Shown piece by piece: positions 11,551 through 21,605 of a DNA stretch of 64,000 bases; position 1 is the stretch's first letter; each line of letters starts with the position of its first letter. Below the pieces are notes generated by a model. It searched no databases, was not told the origin of the DNA, and worked only from the letters and a program-made list of their open reading frames with translations. Made by a program: the position numbers and the translations under genes. Location: the NCBI GenBank assembly GCA_977017645.1, contig OZ360219.1, positions 170,562,001 to 170,626,000 on the forward strand, in the 5' to 3' direction. The stretch is from Torpedo marmorata. Lineage: Eukaryota.

Positions 11551-12524
11551 ACAATGACAATGCGCCCACCATCACATTCCCCAAGAATGCATCTTACACC
11601 CTGCTACCCCCTTCCAGTAACTTAAGGACAGTAGTGGCCACAGTCTTGGCAACCGACAGTGATACCGGAATCAATTCCGACCTCAACTACAGCATTGTCG
11701 GAGGAAATCCCTTTAAACTTTTTGAGATTGACTCTTCCAGTGGTGTCATCTCTTTGGTGGGGAAGCTAACACAGAAGCACTATGGACTGCACCGGTTGGT
11801 GGTGCAGGTTAATGACAGTGGCCAGCCTTCACAGTACACCACTGCAATGGTTCACGTGTTTGTGAATGAGAGTGTTTCCAATGCTACCATTGTGGAAGCT
11901 CAGATAGCAAGAAGTCTTAGAACTTCACTGAAGCAAGATATTGCAGGTGACCCGACTTATGAAATGAGCAAGCAACGACTCAGCATTGTTATTGGCGTTG
12001 TTGCTGGCGTCATGACGGTGATCTTAATCATCTTGGTTGTGGTTTTAGCAAGGTACTGTCGACCAAAAAAAACTAAAAATGGGTATGAGGCTGGCAAAAA
12101 GGACCCTGAAGACTTTTTCACACCCCAGCAACATGACAAGTCCAAGAAACCCAAAAAGGACAAAAAGAACAAAAAGGCCAAACAACCTCTGTACAGTAGC
12201 ATTGTGACTGTGGAAGCATCAAAACCAAATGGACAGAGATATGACAGTGTGCATGAGAAGCTTACCGAGAGTCCTGGCATGGGATGTTATCACTCCATGA
12301 ATGGTGGACCAGGGAGTCCTGATCTCGGAAGGCATTACAAATCTAGCTCTCCATTGCCAACAGTTCAGCTTCACCCCCAGTCACCTACTGCAGGGAAGAA
12401 ACATCAGGCAGTGCAAGATCTGCCACCGGCCAATACCTTCGTAGGGACAGGAGACAACATCTCAATTGAATCGGACCATTGCTCAGAATACAGCTGTCAG
12501 ACGAATAACAAGTACAACAAGCAG
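9408..12524 (+). CDS. PCDH7: Protocadherin-7 (delta-1 protocadherin), first coding exon; unspliced read-through adds VRSNNYQNNV and stops at 12557
   Basis: ATG 9408 (gcgATGa) starts a signal peptide, then KQALRYRITEEGPADVRIGNVA..., seven cadherin repeats with DRE/DxNDN motifs and a Gly/Ser insert in EC2. TM IVIGVVAGVMTVILIILVVVLA and cytoplasmic NGYEAGKKD...QTNNKYNKQ are nearly identical to vertebrate PCDH7 as recalled. Phase-0 donor CAG|gtaaga at 12524/12525. Later exons were not recognised in the window. Confidence 0.97.
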
Positions 12525-12530
12525 GTAAGA
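12525..12530 (+). other. PCDH7: 5' splice donor of PCDH7 exon 1
   Basis: CAG|GTAAGA immediately after codon Q of NKYNKQ, the position where PCDH7 isoforms are known to diverge. Confidence 0.9.
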
Positions 12531-12765
12531 AGCAATAATTACCAAAATAATGTCTGAGTTTTCAGAGGAAAACAAATCAAAATGCAGAATATTGTTTACA
12601 TTTGATAATATACACCTGTTTATGATGAAGTGTGTTTTTTATGATTGGTTTTCTGTAAAACTATACTGTTTTTACAAAGTAGAATTAGGGAAAACTTCAG
12701 ATGAATTGATTTTGAATAAATGGTAAGATGTATAAAACATAAATGCACACTGTAAAGACAAAGTA

Positions 12766-13825
12766 CTGTATTTGATGGCATATAAGACCCATGGGCATAT
12801 AAGCCCCCCCCCCATTTCAGCAGGGAATATTAAGACTTTTTTTTAGCGTATTTACGGGTAAGCATTTAATGTTATTGAAATATGGAGCTGCAGAAGAGCA
12901 GAAAAAAAACTTGGACAAAACATGCAACTCGGACAACAGTAAAAATATTTTTAATAATAATACTGCTGTAATTTACAAGAGAAAACAAAAGCAGCTTTGA
13001 TATAGCATAAAACATTTTATAAAAACAAACTGCCGCTGTCGGTCCTCGCGCTGGTCCCACTGCCCCGCTCTCTCCCGGGGGCGGGGGGGAGCGGGGCAGT
13101 GGGATTAGTGTGGGGACTGGTGACGGGCTGTCGGAGGGAGCAGGGCGGTGGGATCAGTGTGGTGACTGGTGGCAGGCTGTCGGGGGGGAGTGGGGCAGTG
13201 GGATCATTGTGGGGACTGGTGGCGGGCTGTCGGGGGGGTGGGGTGTTGGGATCGTTGTGCGGACTGGTAGCGGGCTGTCGGGGAGGAGTGGGACGGTGGG
13301 ATCAATGTGGGGACTGGTGGTGGGCTGTCGGGGGGGAGCGAGGCGGTGGGATCAGTGTGGGGACTGGTGGCGGGCTGTCGGGGGGGGAGCGGGGCGGTGG
13401 GATCAGTGTGGGGACTGGTGGCAGGCTGTCGGGGGGGAGTGGGGCAGTGGGATCAGTGTGGGGACTGGTGGCGGGCTGTCGGGGGGAGCGGGGTGGTGGG
13501 ATCAGTGTGGCGACCGACAGCGGGCCACCGGGCAAAGAGCGGGACAGCGGGATCAGTGCGGGGACCGACAGCGGGCCGCCGGGAGAGTCTCCCGACAGCC
13601 CGCCACCAGCCCCCACACTGATCTCATCACCCCACTCCCCCCCAACAGCCCGCCACCAGCCCCCAACGATAGATGGCGGTGATGCTAATGAGCCACGCAG
13701 CGACGATGATCACTGTTGGCGTTACTCACCATTATCACCTAATTTCAACTTCTCATATAAGACCCGGGGGATACTTTTGAGCATTTTTTGGGAAAAAAGT
13801 GGGTCTTATATGCCATCAAATACGG
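12766..13825. mobile_element. Tc1/mariner (pogo/Tigger-like) MITE with an internal GC-rich minisatellite
   Basis: 25-bp TIRs ctgtatttgatggcatataagaccc / gggtcttatatgccatcaaatacgg (1 mismatch). TA on both sides (12764-65 and 13826-27). Subterminal tataagac repeats. Confidence 0.92.
13075..13670 (+). repeat. G-rich minisatellite, unit about 51 bp, about 10 copies plus inverted copies
   Basis: Unit gggggggagcggggcggtgggatcagtgtggggactggtggcgggctgtc repeats to about 13590. 13590-13670 is the reverse complement of the unit. Confidence 0.9.
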
Positions 13826-14739
13826 TAACTCTACATAATCAGGTAGTTAGCGATGAGCTTGTTTGATGTCATTGCACTGGAAAAACTATTTGGTTTTCCC
13901 CCTTTTTTCTGACTCCTTATTCTCTCGCAAATCATAAGAGAATGAGTTCCTCATGGGTCCAGTTCTGCTCTGAGGTACATTCATGTCTGTCAGTATTCAT
14001 ATGGTGAAAGATAGACAAATAAAAAATCTGTGGAAAATTTCTTTAGATTATTTGAATTTGGAACATCAACATTTTATCATGTCATTGATGTTAAAATTCA
14101 GGAGGTGTGAGTGCCACTTTGAAAACAATCTCCAGAGATTTAATTTGTGTTAATAAACATGCTTGTCTTTATGTGTTTATCATTACGTAGCTAACCAAAA
14201 CTTCTGTATTTAATGCTTTAATTGCTACATAGCTGCAGCTCAAATAGCATCATAGGATGGAGACTATGTTCAGCGACATTTTTATGTTAGATCTTGTATT
14301 AATAATAATGCATAAGCATTTAGAAGACACTTATTAATATAAATAACTAAAAAGCTGTTCACGGTGGATAAAATTGAATCACCACATTAGCGTTTGATTA
14401 TACTTATCTATGTTTAGTCAGTTTTCCACAACTTCAATTGGACAACATTAATTGAACTTTGAAAACATTGTACAAAGTAGTTTTGTAATATTGAACTTTC
14501 ATATTTCTGCAACCTAGAATTCTGATACCAATGATCTTAAGGTTTTTATTGTTATTCTCAGAAATTGAATTTTGGGTTTTGAGTGTGGACTTGTCCATTT
14601 TTTGCAAATATGCGATAAATTGTGGGTCTGTTTCTTAGACTTAAACTAATAAGAACAAACTGCGTAAAAAAAATCAGAGATTTATTACACTTCAGGATTT
14701 GTTTTGTTTTTTTGGTGTATGTCAAAATATTTTGTTTCA

Positions 14740-15450
14740 TTGCCACCAGCTCCATTCCACAACATCCAGAGCCTGAAGCGGACTGTTCACAAACTTGGTG
14801 TCACATTTTGACCTCAAGGTGAGCTTCTGACCACATCTTGATGGTGACACCAAGCCTACATATTTCTAAAACATTGTCTGACTCCTCTGCCTTGCCTCAG
14901 CTCAGCTTCTGCTAGAAACTGTCATCAATACCTTTTTTGCCTATGATTCCAACGTTCCTGGCTGATATAATATATTTTATTTTCTCCATAAACTTGAAGA
15001 CATCCAAAAATCTGCTGCCTGCATCATTATTTACCAAGTCCTGATAAATCACATCACGTTCTACATTAGCTCCCAGTTAAGCAATGACAATTTTAAAATT
15101 CCCATCCTTGTTCTCAATCCTTGCATGGATTTGCTCTCCTTCTCTCTCGCTTCTCCTTCAGTCCTGTGACCTTTTGAAATACCCCTTCTTCTCCATTCCT
15201 GGCCTTGTTTGTACTAACTTTACTAACTTTAGCCAGTTCATTTTTGGTGGTCATTGGTACCTACAGTCTGCGATTCTTTTCCTGAACCTCTGTCTCTCTA
15301 TCCCTTTTTCTCTTTGAAGATGTTTTTTTAAAAGCTATCACTTTAATCAAACGTTTGGTCATCTGGTCACATATGGTCACATCAAATCCTGCGTGAAGTG
15401 CATTGGGATATGTTCCAAGTTGGAATATATATATATTCACAGTATATATT
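14740..15450 (+). mobile_element. Old L2-clade LINE 3' fragment
   Basis: Degenerate L2-like coding remnants (IQKSAACI; LH.LPVKQ..FKI.ILV..SLHG) followed by an L2-type tail. Confidence 0.65.
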
Positions 15451-16086
15451 TGCATTTATAAGGAGTAACAAATGTCACAAAAGTTACATAAATTTTTCCT
15501 ATCAATTAGAAATGATGTTGTATTTAGAACAATTAATTAGAAGTCATGCTTTATAAAGATTCCCTTAATACAAACACCGAAGTTCAGCTGTATTGTAATT
15601 TGCATTCCTTATCTATTAATTTAATTTGAGTCAGTGCAATTGAAGCCTCAGCAATACATCTGCATATTGCCATTTGATGTAAATAGTTGTCTTTCATTGC
15701 ATGAAGCTTGTAAGCATCATGCATTTATTTCTTTGTTTTCATGTTAAATAAGTATGCTGTGATGTGCTTCAGGTGGCAGAGACCTTAAGTATAAACAAGA
15801 ATGAAATGAGCTGCAAGCCAAGAGTTAGAAATTGTAATTACATAACTCCAGTCTGTGCTATTTATATTTTGCACTGTAGTGCCATATCAAGCAGCCTTTC
15901 ATTCTGGAAATAGAACTGGGTATCACTTTTTCTATTTGTATTTGTGAGTATAAACATATTTTTAAAAGTTTCACAAGTCAGAAGGAAAAGTTATACATGT
16001 AATCTGAATTTTCTTATGAGATATAATTGAGGATGGTTATCATCTTATAAAAGGCCCATCTGTTATTCAGTAATCTTAATGTAGTA

Positions 16087-16314
16087 CAGGCAGTCCCCGG
16101 GTTACAATGTCCGGGCTACGAACAACTCGTACTTACGAACGGGCTGTTCCCCAATTTGCGCATGCGCATAATTGTGCCCCAGTTCGCGCGTGCGCATAAT
16201 GTTACCTCACGAACACTAAAGATGAACCGTAAGTACCTCTTCCGCCTTACTTACAAATTCGGCTTAAGAACAGACCCAGGTAACGGAACTCTTTCGTAAC
16301 CTGGGGACTGCCTG
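16087..16314. mobile_element. Tigger-like MITE
   Basis: TIRs caggcagtccccgggttac / gtaacctggggactgcctg, flanked by TA. Confidence 0.92.
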
Positions 16315-17569
16315 TATCTTAACAATCTTACCTGTTCCAAATATTGGATTTAAAATTCTATGCAGCTTTGTTACCAGACCAAAAACACATCAAATAAGGT
16401 GATTACATATAACTTGTTATCAGAGGTAATAAATAACATTTAAATATTTTTTTTGACCAGGTAAGGTGGACAGAGGGAATTGGACAATTTAGGCAGTTGA
16501 GCATCCCTGTTGTTAGATATGAATTTCATTGGATATTAATTAAGCAATTTAATTAGTTGCAATTCTGCTATCATAATATAGAAAGAATAATAACAATATT
16601 TATTTTATTAGTTGTACTTTTAGCTACACTGTCTTGATTCATTTGATCCCTTTTCAGTTGAACCAAAACTGAATCATATGTAATTGAGGTATAAAAAAGT
16701 GTTTTCATTTTAAGTTGCTTCTTATCTTTAAATATCTATCACAGTGTGGAAATAGCTGATGCAAAAAGTGAAGTATTGCTGTTGAGATGTAAAACTGGGG
16801 TGACACAAGTGCTCTAGTACAGTATAACTTCCCTCAGAGCACTGGTGTCCATTTATATCATGTTTTGGAAAAGACTGTTTTGACAGCTTTAAGGAGTGTC
16901 TTCCTTACTTCTTTTGTGATCTCCTCATTGAATTATAAGTGTGATCAATGCAATTTAAACTTAATCTTCATCCTTTTGTGCTTTGCTACTTTCAATAAGG
17001 CTCCTAAATGTGTGCCCACTTAAAGTTTACTTAAATATGCAAATGCCCTACCAGGAACTTGCATGTCGGAATTTAAGAATGCACTACTAGAGTATAAGGA
17101 GCAAACAGTGTAAATACCTTGAAGTATGTAATACCTGGGTTTTACATGTCCGTGGCTGAAAAAGTGTTAATAAAGCTAGTTGAATGAGTCTAAGCAGACA
17201 ATCTAATTCTCTTTTATTTGTTAACATTTTGTTCTGCCAATTAATTATAGTTGCATGTAATGCAATTTTCAGTTAACTATATTCACTGTGCATCTCATTG
17301 AAATCAACAACACAGTATTCTGTGTATTTCAGTATAGGTGGTATCTTTCCTTTGCCTTGGGAAGCAAACCACTGTTAGTGTTTTCTCTCAAGCCTTCACC
17401 CCCATTATTGGGGCCCTTATTATGATTGGTTTGCTGTGCTGGAACAGGCCATTTTGTTCATGTGCCTGACACAAAACTGCTGAAGTATTTTCTCTGTTTT
17501 GAACTCTGTCATGGGAAGAGATTGCCAGGTGGAGGAAATGATTCAAGGCTATGCTCAAAGCTTCCTTGA

Positions 17570-17860
17570 CGAAATGTAACATCCCCATCAATTTCTGAGA
17601 ATCCCTGGCCTATGACTGGTCAGAGTGGAGAAAGTGCGTGCAGGATGGCATTGGGAACTCCTAAGCATGTTGGGAAGCCCAGCATAAGAGGAGGAAGGAG
17701 ACTACCACTTAACAAAATCCCCACCCACCTGACACATTGTAGAAGAGAGTGCAATTCCCACCTTGGTTTTATTGGTCATCTCAGGGCCAACTGAACTAGA
17801 GACAACGTGAGACATTATTGATCCAAATGATTGCTTTAGAAGTAGTGGAGGAAGAAGATT
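17570..17860 (+). mobile_element. RTE-clade LINE 3' remnant
   Basis: ESLAYDWSEWRK-like segment and a terminal zinc-finger-like HCRRECNSHLGFIGHLRAN. Confidence 0.6.
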
Positions 17861-18565
17861 TTATACATGCTCTTTGGCCATTGTGAATTGTTCCCCTTGG
17901 ATGCTGGGGATTGCCTGATTTGGAGTAACATCCAAATGGGCAATTTTAAAAATGAAGCTTTATCATTTAGGATTATATGCCATATTACTGAAAACTCAAT
18001 TAAGTATGAGAAAGACTTAATGAAGAGAGTTTAACTTCTTTCCATTTCAGTGAATGTTGTTGTCCCATCATATGGCTATTTTCACATTGATAGTAGAACA
18101 TCAATTTGACAATCTTCATGTATTTATAAATAGATGTTACATATAACGATAAATTACTGTAATTGTAGTTCTTTTGAAGAGAGAAAAGTGTAGTGAAATT
18201 TCTTCATTGTTTTTAATAAACCAATTAATTATATAATATATTTCCAGAATATTGAAATTAAATAATTTGATCTATTTTGTAAAAATATATCTTCGATGAC
18301 ACCTTCATTAATTTAAATAGTTCTTAAAATGTTTAAGCCTTTATTTCATGGAATATATTAATCAAAAATGCCAAAATAATATGATAAAAATGAAAGAGAT
18401 TCATTAGTTTCATTTGATTGTTGTAAGAATCAACTTCAAGAAGCAAAATGCTGGGATTGTACCTATTTATAAAGGATAGAATGTTTAACATTTTACTTGT
18501 TGAATTATATGAGTGAAATACATTTTCTGGATGAAAACAATTGGAAGCAATACTTGAGGATGTTA

Positions 18566-18967
18566 GGCTGACCTGGGCAACCGGATGACATTAATAAGGA
18601 CTTCTCTGGCTTTTGTTAACCCTCCCCCCACCCCCCCACCCCTCACTTCTTCCCCCGTCACCTTCCCCCAGCTCTGTCTCTCCCTTCCTTGTCTCCTTTC
18701 GCACAAACATGATAAATTACCCACCTTTTTTTGGTCTGGGTTCCTCCCCCAGCCAGCACTGTCTGAATTCTGAGACTTTCTGAGATTTCCTGCTTCTGGC
18801 TCATTCTGCTTATTCCTTGAAGAAGGGCTCAGGCCCGAAACGTCGGCAATATATCTTTGCTTTTTATGAATGCTGAAAAGACCGGCTGAGTTCTTCCAGC
18901 ATTTTGGTGTGTTTTTACTCCAATCACAGTGTTTGCATACTTTCATGTTTCACTGATAATAATGTTG
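18566..18967 (+). mobile_element. Penelope-like element 3' end
   Basis: Begins with the ORF end QPDDINKDFSGFC-stop (homologous to QPDGINIDFSAFH at 4899), then a pyrimidine-rich segment, hammerhead motif and terminal region. 12-bp duplication ttgaggatgtta (18554-65 and 18968-79). Confidence 0.88.
18811..18851 (+). ncRNA. Minimal hammerhead ribozyme-like motif (sense to the PCDH7 pre-mRNA)
   Basis: UAUUCC-UUGAAGA-A-GGGC UCAG GCCC-GAAA-CGUC-GGCAAUA. Stem I covaries with the copy at 4670-4710. Confidence 0.72.
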
Positions 18968-19055
18968 TTGAGGATGTTACTGATGGTGCTTTCCACAGTT
19001 TGGGGCAAATTGACAAGGACGAATGCTATTTCAGGAATGTATCAGAATATGAAAT

Positions 19056-19073
19056 TGCCAACAGGTGGCGTCA
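19056..19073 (+). promoter_or_regulatory. CTCF-like motif
   Basis: tgccaacaggtggcgtca matches the CCASYAGRKGGCRS core, with one mismatch at position 4 and another at the last position. Motif match only. Confidence 0.4.
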
Positions 19074-19218
19074 CATTATTATAATTGGTACTGGTGCACT
19101 GTTTTCCATTTAACAAAACCTGTTTCAAAAGCTTTCTTTAAAGGAAAGCCTTTAATTCACAATCAGCTGTTTCTGACTGCCCTCTGGTTTTAAATAGCTT
19201 TCCTTCCGGTCTTCTCAG

Positions 19219-19278
19219 ATGGCAGAAGCTGACCACAGGTGGAGGTCTGAAAGCAGCATGTGTCATGTATTTGGATAG
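19219..19278 (+). CDS. PCDH7: Candidate alternative terminal exon of PCDH7 (MAEADHRWRSESSMCHVFG-stop)
   Basis: Pyrimidine tract cttttccttccggtcttctcag and an upstream ctgac branch-like motif. Phase-0 frame starts with M and ends VFG-stop, as the recalled tail of PCDH7 isoform a does (MRLHPYITVFG). The middle is not similar. Confidence 0.35.
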   Translation: MAEADHRWRSESSMCHVFG

Positions 19279-19538
19279 AATCTGTGAGTCCAACTTTCTT
19301 TACTGTCACCGTGGCTCCCCAGTCACAATGCTGACACTGCTATACTGGAGGATATATTGTGAAGTATAAGCAGCTATATAAAGGTTTGAGCTCTCAACAT
19401 TCAATCTGATTGTACAAGCGATAATATAAGCACATTTTTCTATTCATTCAATATGAGTCATTGTTTCATTAGTGTTTGGTTTTAAGAATCCATGTGTCAC
19501 AAATCATAGAAAGAACAAAGGAGTCTCATATCAGAATA

Positions 19539-19763
19539 CTGTAAAACCCCTGGTATCTGGCACCTATGGGGATTGGCAGATGACGGATAAGTGAATTTTC
19601 CGGTTGATTGAGGTTGCATGTTGCATGACTGGCAAACTAACGGCGAGGCGCACCAATGTTAAACTTCTGTGTTTTTTACCTATTTATTTTCCTCAATATT
19701 TTTATTTTGCTGGTTGCTTGAGGCTGCCGGTTGCTTGAATTCCGGATAACAGGGGTTTTACTG
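19539..19763. mobile_element. Tc1/mariner (Tigger-like) MITE
   Basis: TIRs ctgtaaaacccctggtatctgg / ccggataacaggggttttactg, flanked by TA. Confidence 0.88.
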
Positions 19764-19769
19764 TATAAT

Positions 19770-20700
19770 GTAGAGTCATAGCGGGCTACAGCATGGAAAC
19801 ACGACCTTTGGCCCAACTTGTCCATGCCAAATAAGCTAGTCCCATTTGCCTGCATTTGCCCCATATCCCTCTGAACCTTTCCTAACCATATAGCTGTCAA
19901 AATGGCTTTTAAATGTTACAATTGTCTTCACCTCTACCGCTTCTTTGTTCCACATATCCTGAGAGGCATCTGTGAAGAACATGCCTCTCAGGTTCCTTTT
20001 AAATCTTACCACTCTCACTTTAAATCCAAGACCTCTAGTTTTAGATTCCCAAAACCTGGTGAAAAAAAAACATATACCATGATTTTATAAACCTCAAGGT
20101 CCCCTCTTGGCTTCTTGTGCTCCAGATAGAAAAGTCCAGCCTCTCCTTATAACTCAGATCTGCTAGTCTTAGTAATATTCCTGTGAATCCTTTCTGGTTT
20201 TTTTTCTAGCGTAATATATTTTCTGGAGGTGGGTGACCAGAACTGTGCACAATCGCTCCATTTGTTCGCTCCATTTATTCACTCCATTTGGCTGCTCCAC
20301 TACGAAATCTCTTCAAGGGATAGCAACCCTGAAGAAGTTCTCCTCCTGTCTTCGAAGGGAGTTCAGTGACAGTCTCTCTTACTGCACTCCCTGCTACTCT
20401 CAAGCTCCTCTTGGCTATTGGCATTTGCTCCTCCCCTTGCCACTACTTCCCTCCTCCTCCGCCTTTTTATTCAGACATCTGCCTTCTTTTTGCTCATACC
20501 TTGATGAAGGGCTCAGGCCGGAAGCATTGGTTATATATCTTTGCCTCCTTTGGATGCTGCGGGACCTGTTGAGTTTCTCCAGCACTTTTGTGCATTAATA
20601 ACAGTACTCCAAGTGTAGTCTCACCAAACTCTTGTACACTGATAATCTGAGGTACTCAGTGCCTCGACAGATGAAGGCAGCATGCTAAACACCCTCTTTG
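19770..20700 (-). mobile_element. CR1 LINE 3' fragment, interrupted by a Penelope fragment; appears to continue at about 21300-21500
   Basis: Minus-strand GYGANAGKWD and CR1 3' tail. ccagaactgtgcaca...tactcc is split by the insertion. Confidence 0.75.
20255..20600 (+). mobile_element. Penelope-like fragment with a degenerate hammerhead motif (20495-20535)
   Basis: cataccttgatgaagggctcaggccggaagcattggttata followed by gatgctgcgggacctgttgagtttctccagcac. Confidence 0.75.
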
Positions 20701-20734
20701 GTTGACACAATGATAATCAGAAGCAGGCAAGGCT

Positions 20735-21300
20735 ACCAGCCACCATTATGTCAACCTCCTATAGGAGCTCTATCGAGAGCGTCCTGGCTGGCTGCATCAC
20801 AGTGTGGTACGGTTGCTGCAGAGAAATGGATTGGAGGTCAATCCACAGGACCATAAGAGTGGAAGAGAGAATCACTGGAGTGTCCCCCCAACTCCCCCCC
20901 CCCTGAATTGACATGATCTACCGGATCGTTGTTTGAAGAGGACGTGCGAAATCATTGAGGACCCCCTTCCGCTCTGCACACAGCATCTTTCAGCTGCGCC
21001 TGTCGGGGAAGAGATACTCCTGTATCAGAGCCAGCACCACCAGGCTGAGGAACAGCTTCTTTCCCACGCGCAGTGAGAATGCTGAACAACCAAAGGAACT
21101 GTTCACACTAACCATCTAACCATCCGAGGCTTTCATATGTACAAAACAATAATTATTTATTTATTTGTACAGATGAAATAGTTGTCCTGCATATGTATGT
21201 GTGTTATGTCTGGTTGTGTGTCTGGTTTGCACCAAGGACAGGAGAACGCTGTTTTGTCAGGTTGTACTTGTACAATCAGATGACAATAAACTTGACTTGA
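20735..21300 (+). mobile_element. Rex1/Babar LINE 3' fragment
   Basis: IESVLAGCITVWYG...IRASTTRLRNSFFP remnants. Ends tgacaataaacttgacttga. Confidence 0.85.
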
Positions 21301-21605
21301 TTTTACCACCTTGTCTACCTGTGTTTCCACTTTTGTGGATCTATGTGCCTACACTCCCAAGTCTTTCTGTTCTACAACACTCTCCAGGGTTCCACTATTC
21401 ACTCTATCAGTCCTGACCTGGTTTAACCTACCTCACACTCACATTTGTCATTTCTTGTCCTATTTTTCTCAGTTCATCTCGATTTTATTGTAATCTTAGT
21501 TAACCTTCTTCATGTAGAACTATAAATAATTGTACTATTGTGCGATATCACAAGTGCTGGGCCTTGACTATTCTAGACTGTTTTAATGATTTGAATGATT
21601 TCAAT

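Noticed and set aside
13075-13600. CRISPR-like regular repeats
   Set aside because: Contiguous tandem units with no unique spacers, in eukaryotic DNA, with no cas genes.
13099-13866. Gly/Trp-rich repetitive ORFs (also 27463-27851 and 21573-22503)
   Set aside because: Translations of minisatellites or GC-rich non-autonomous elements.
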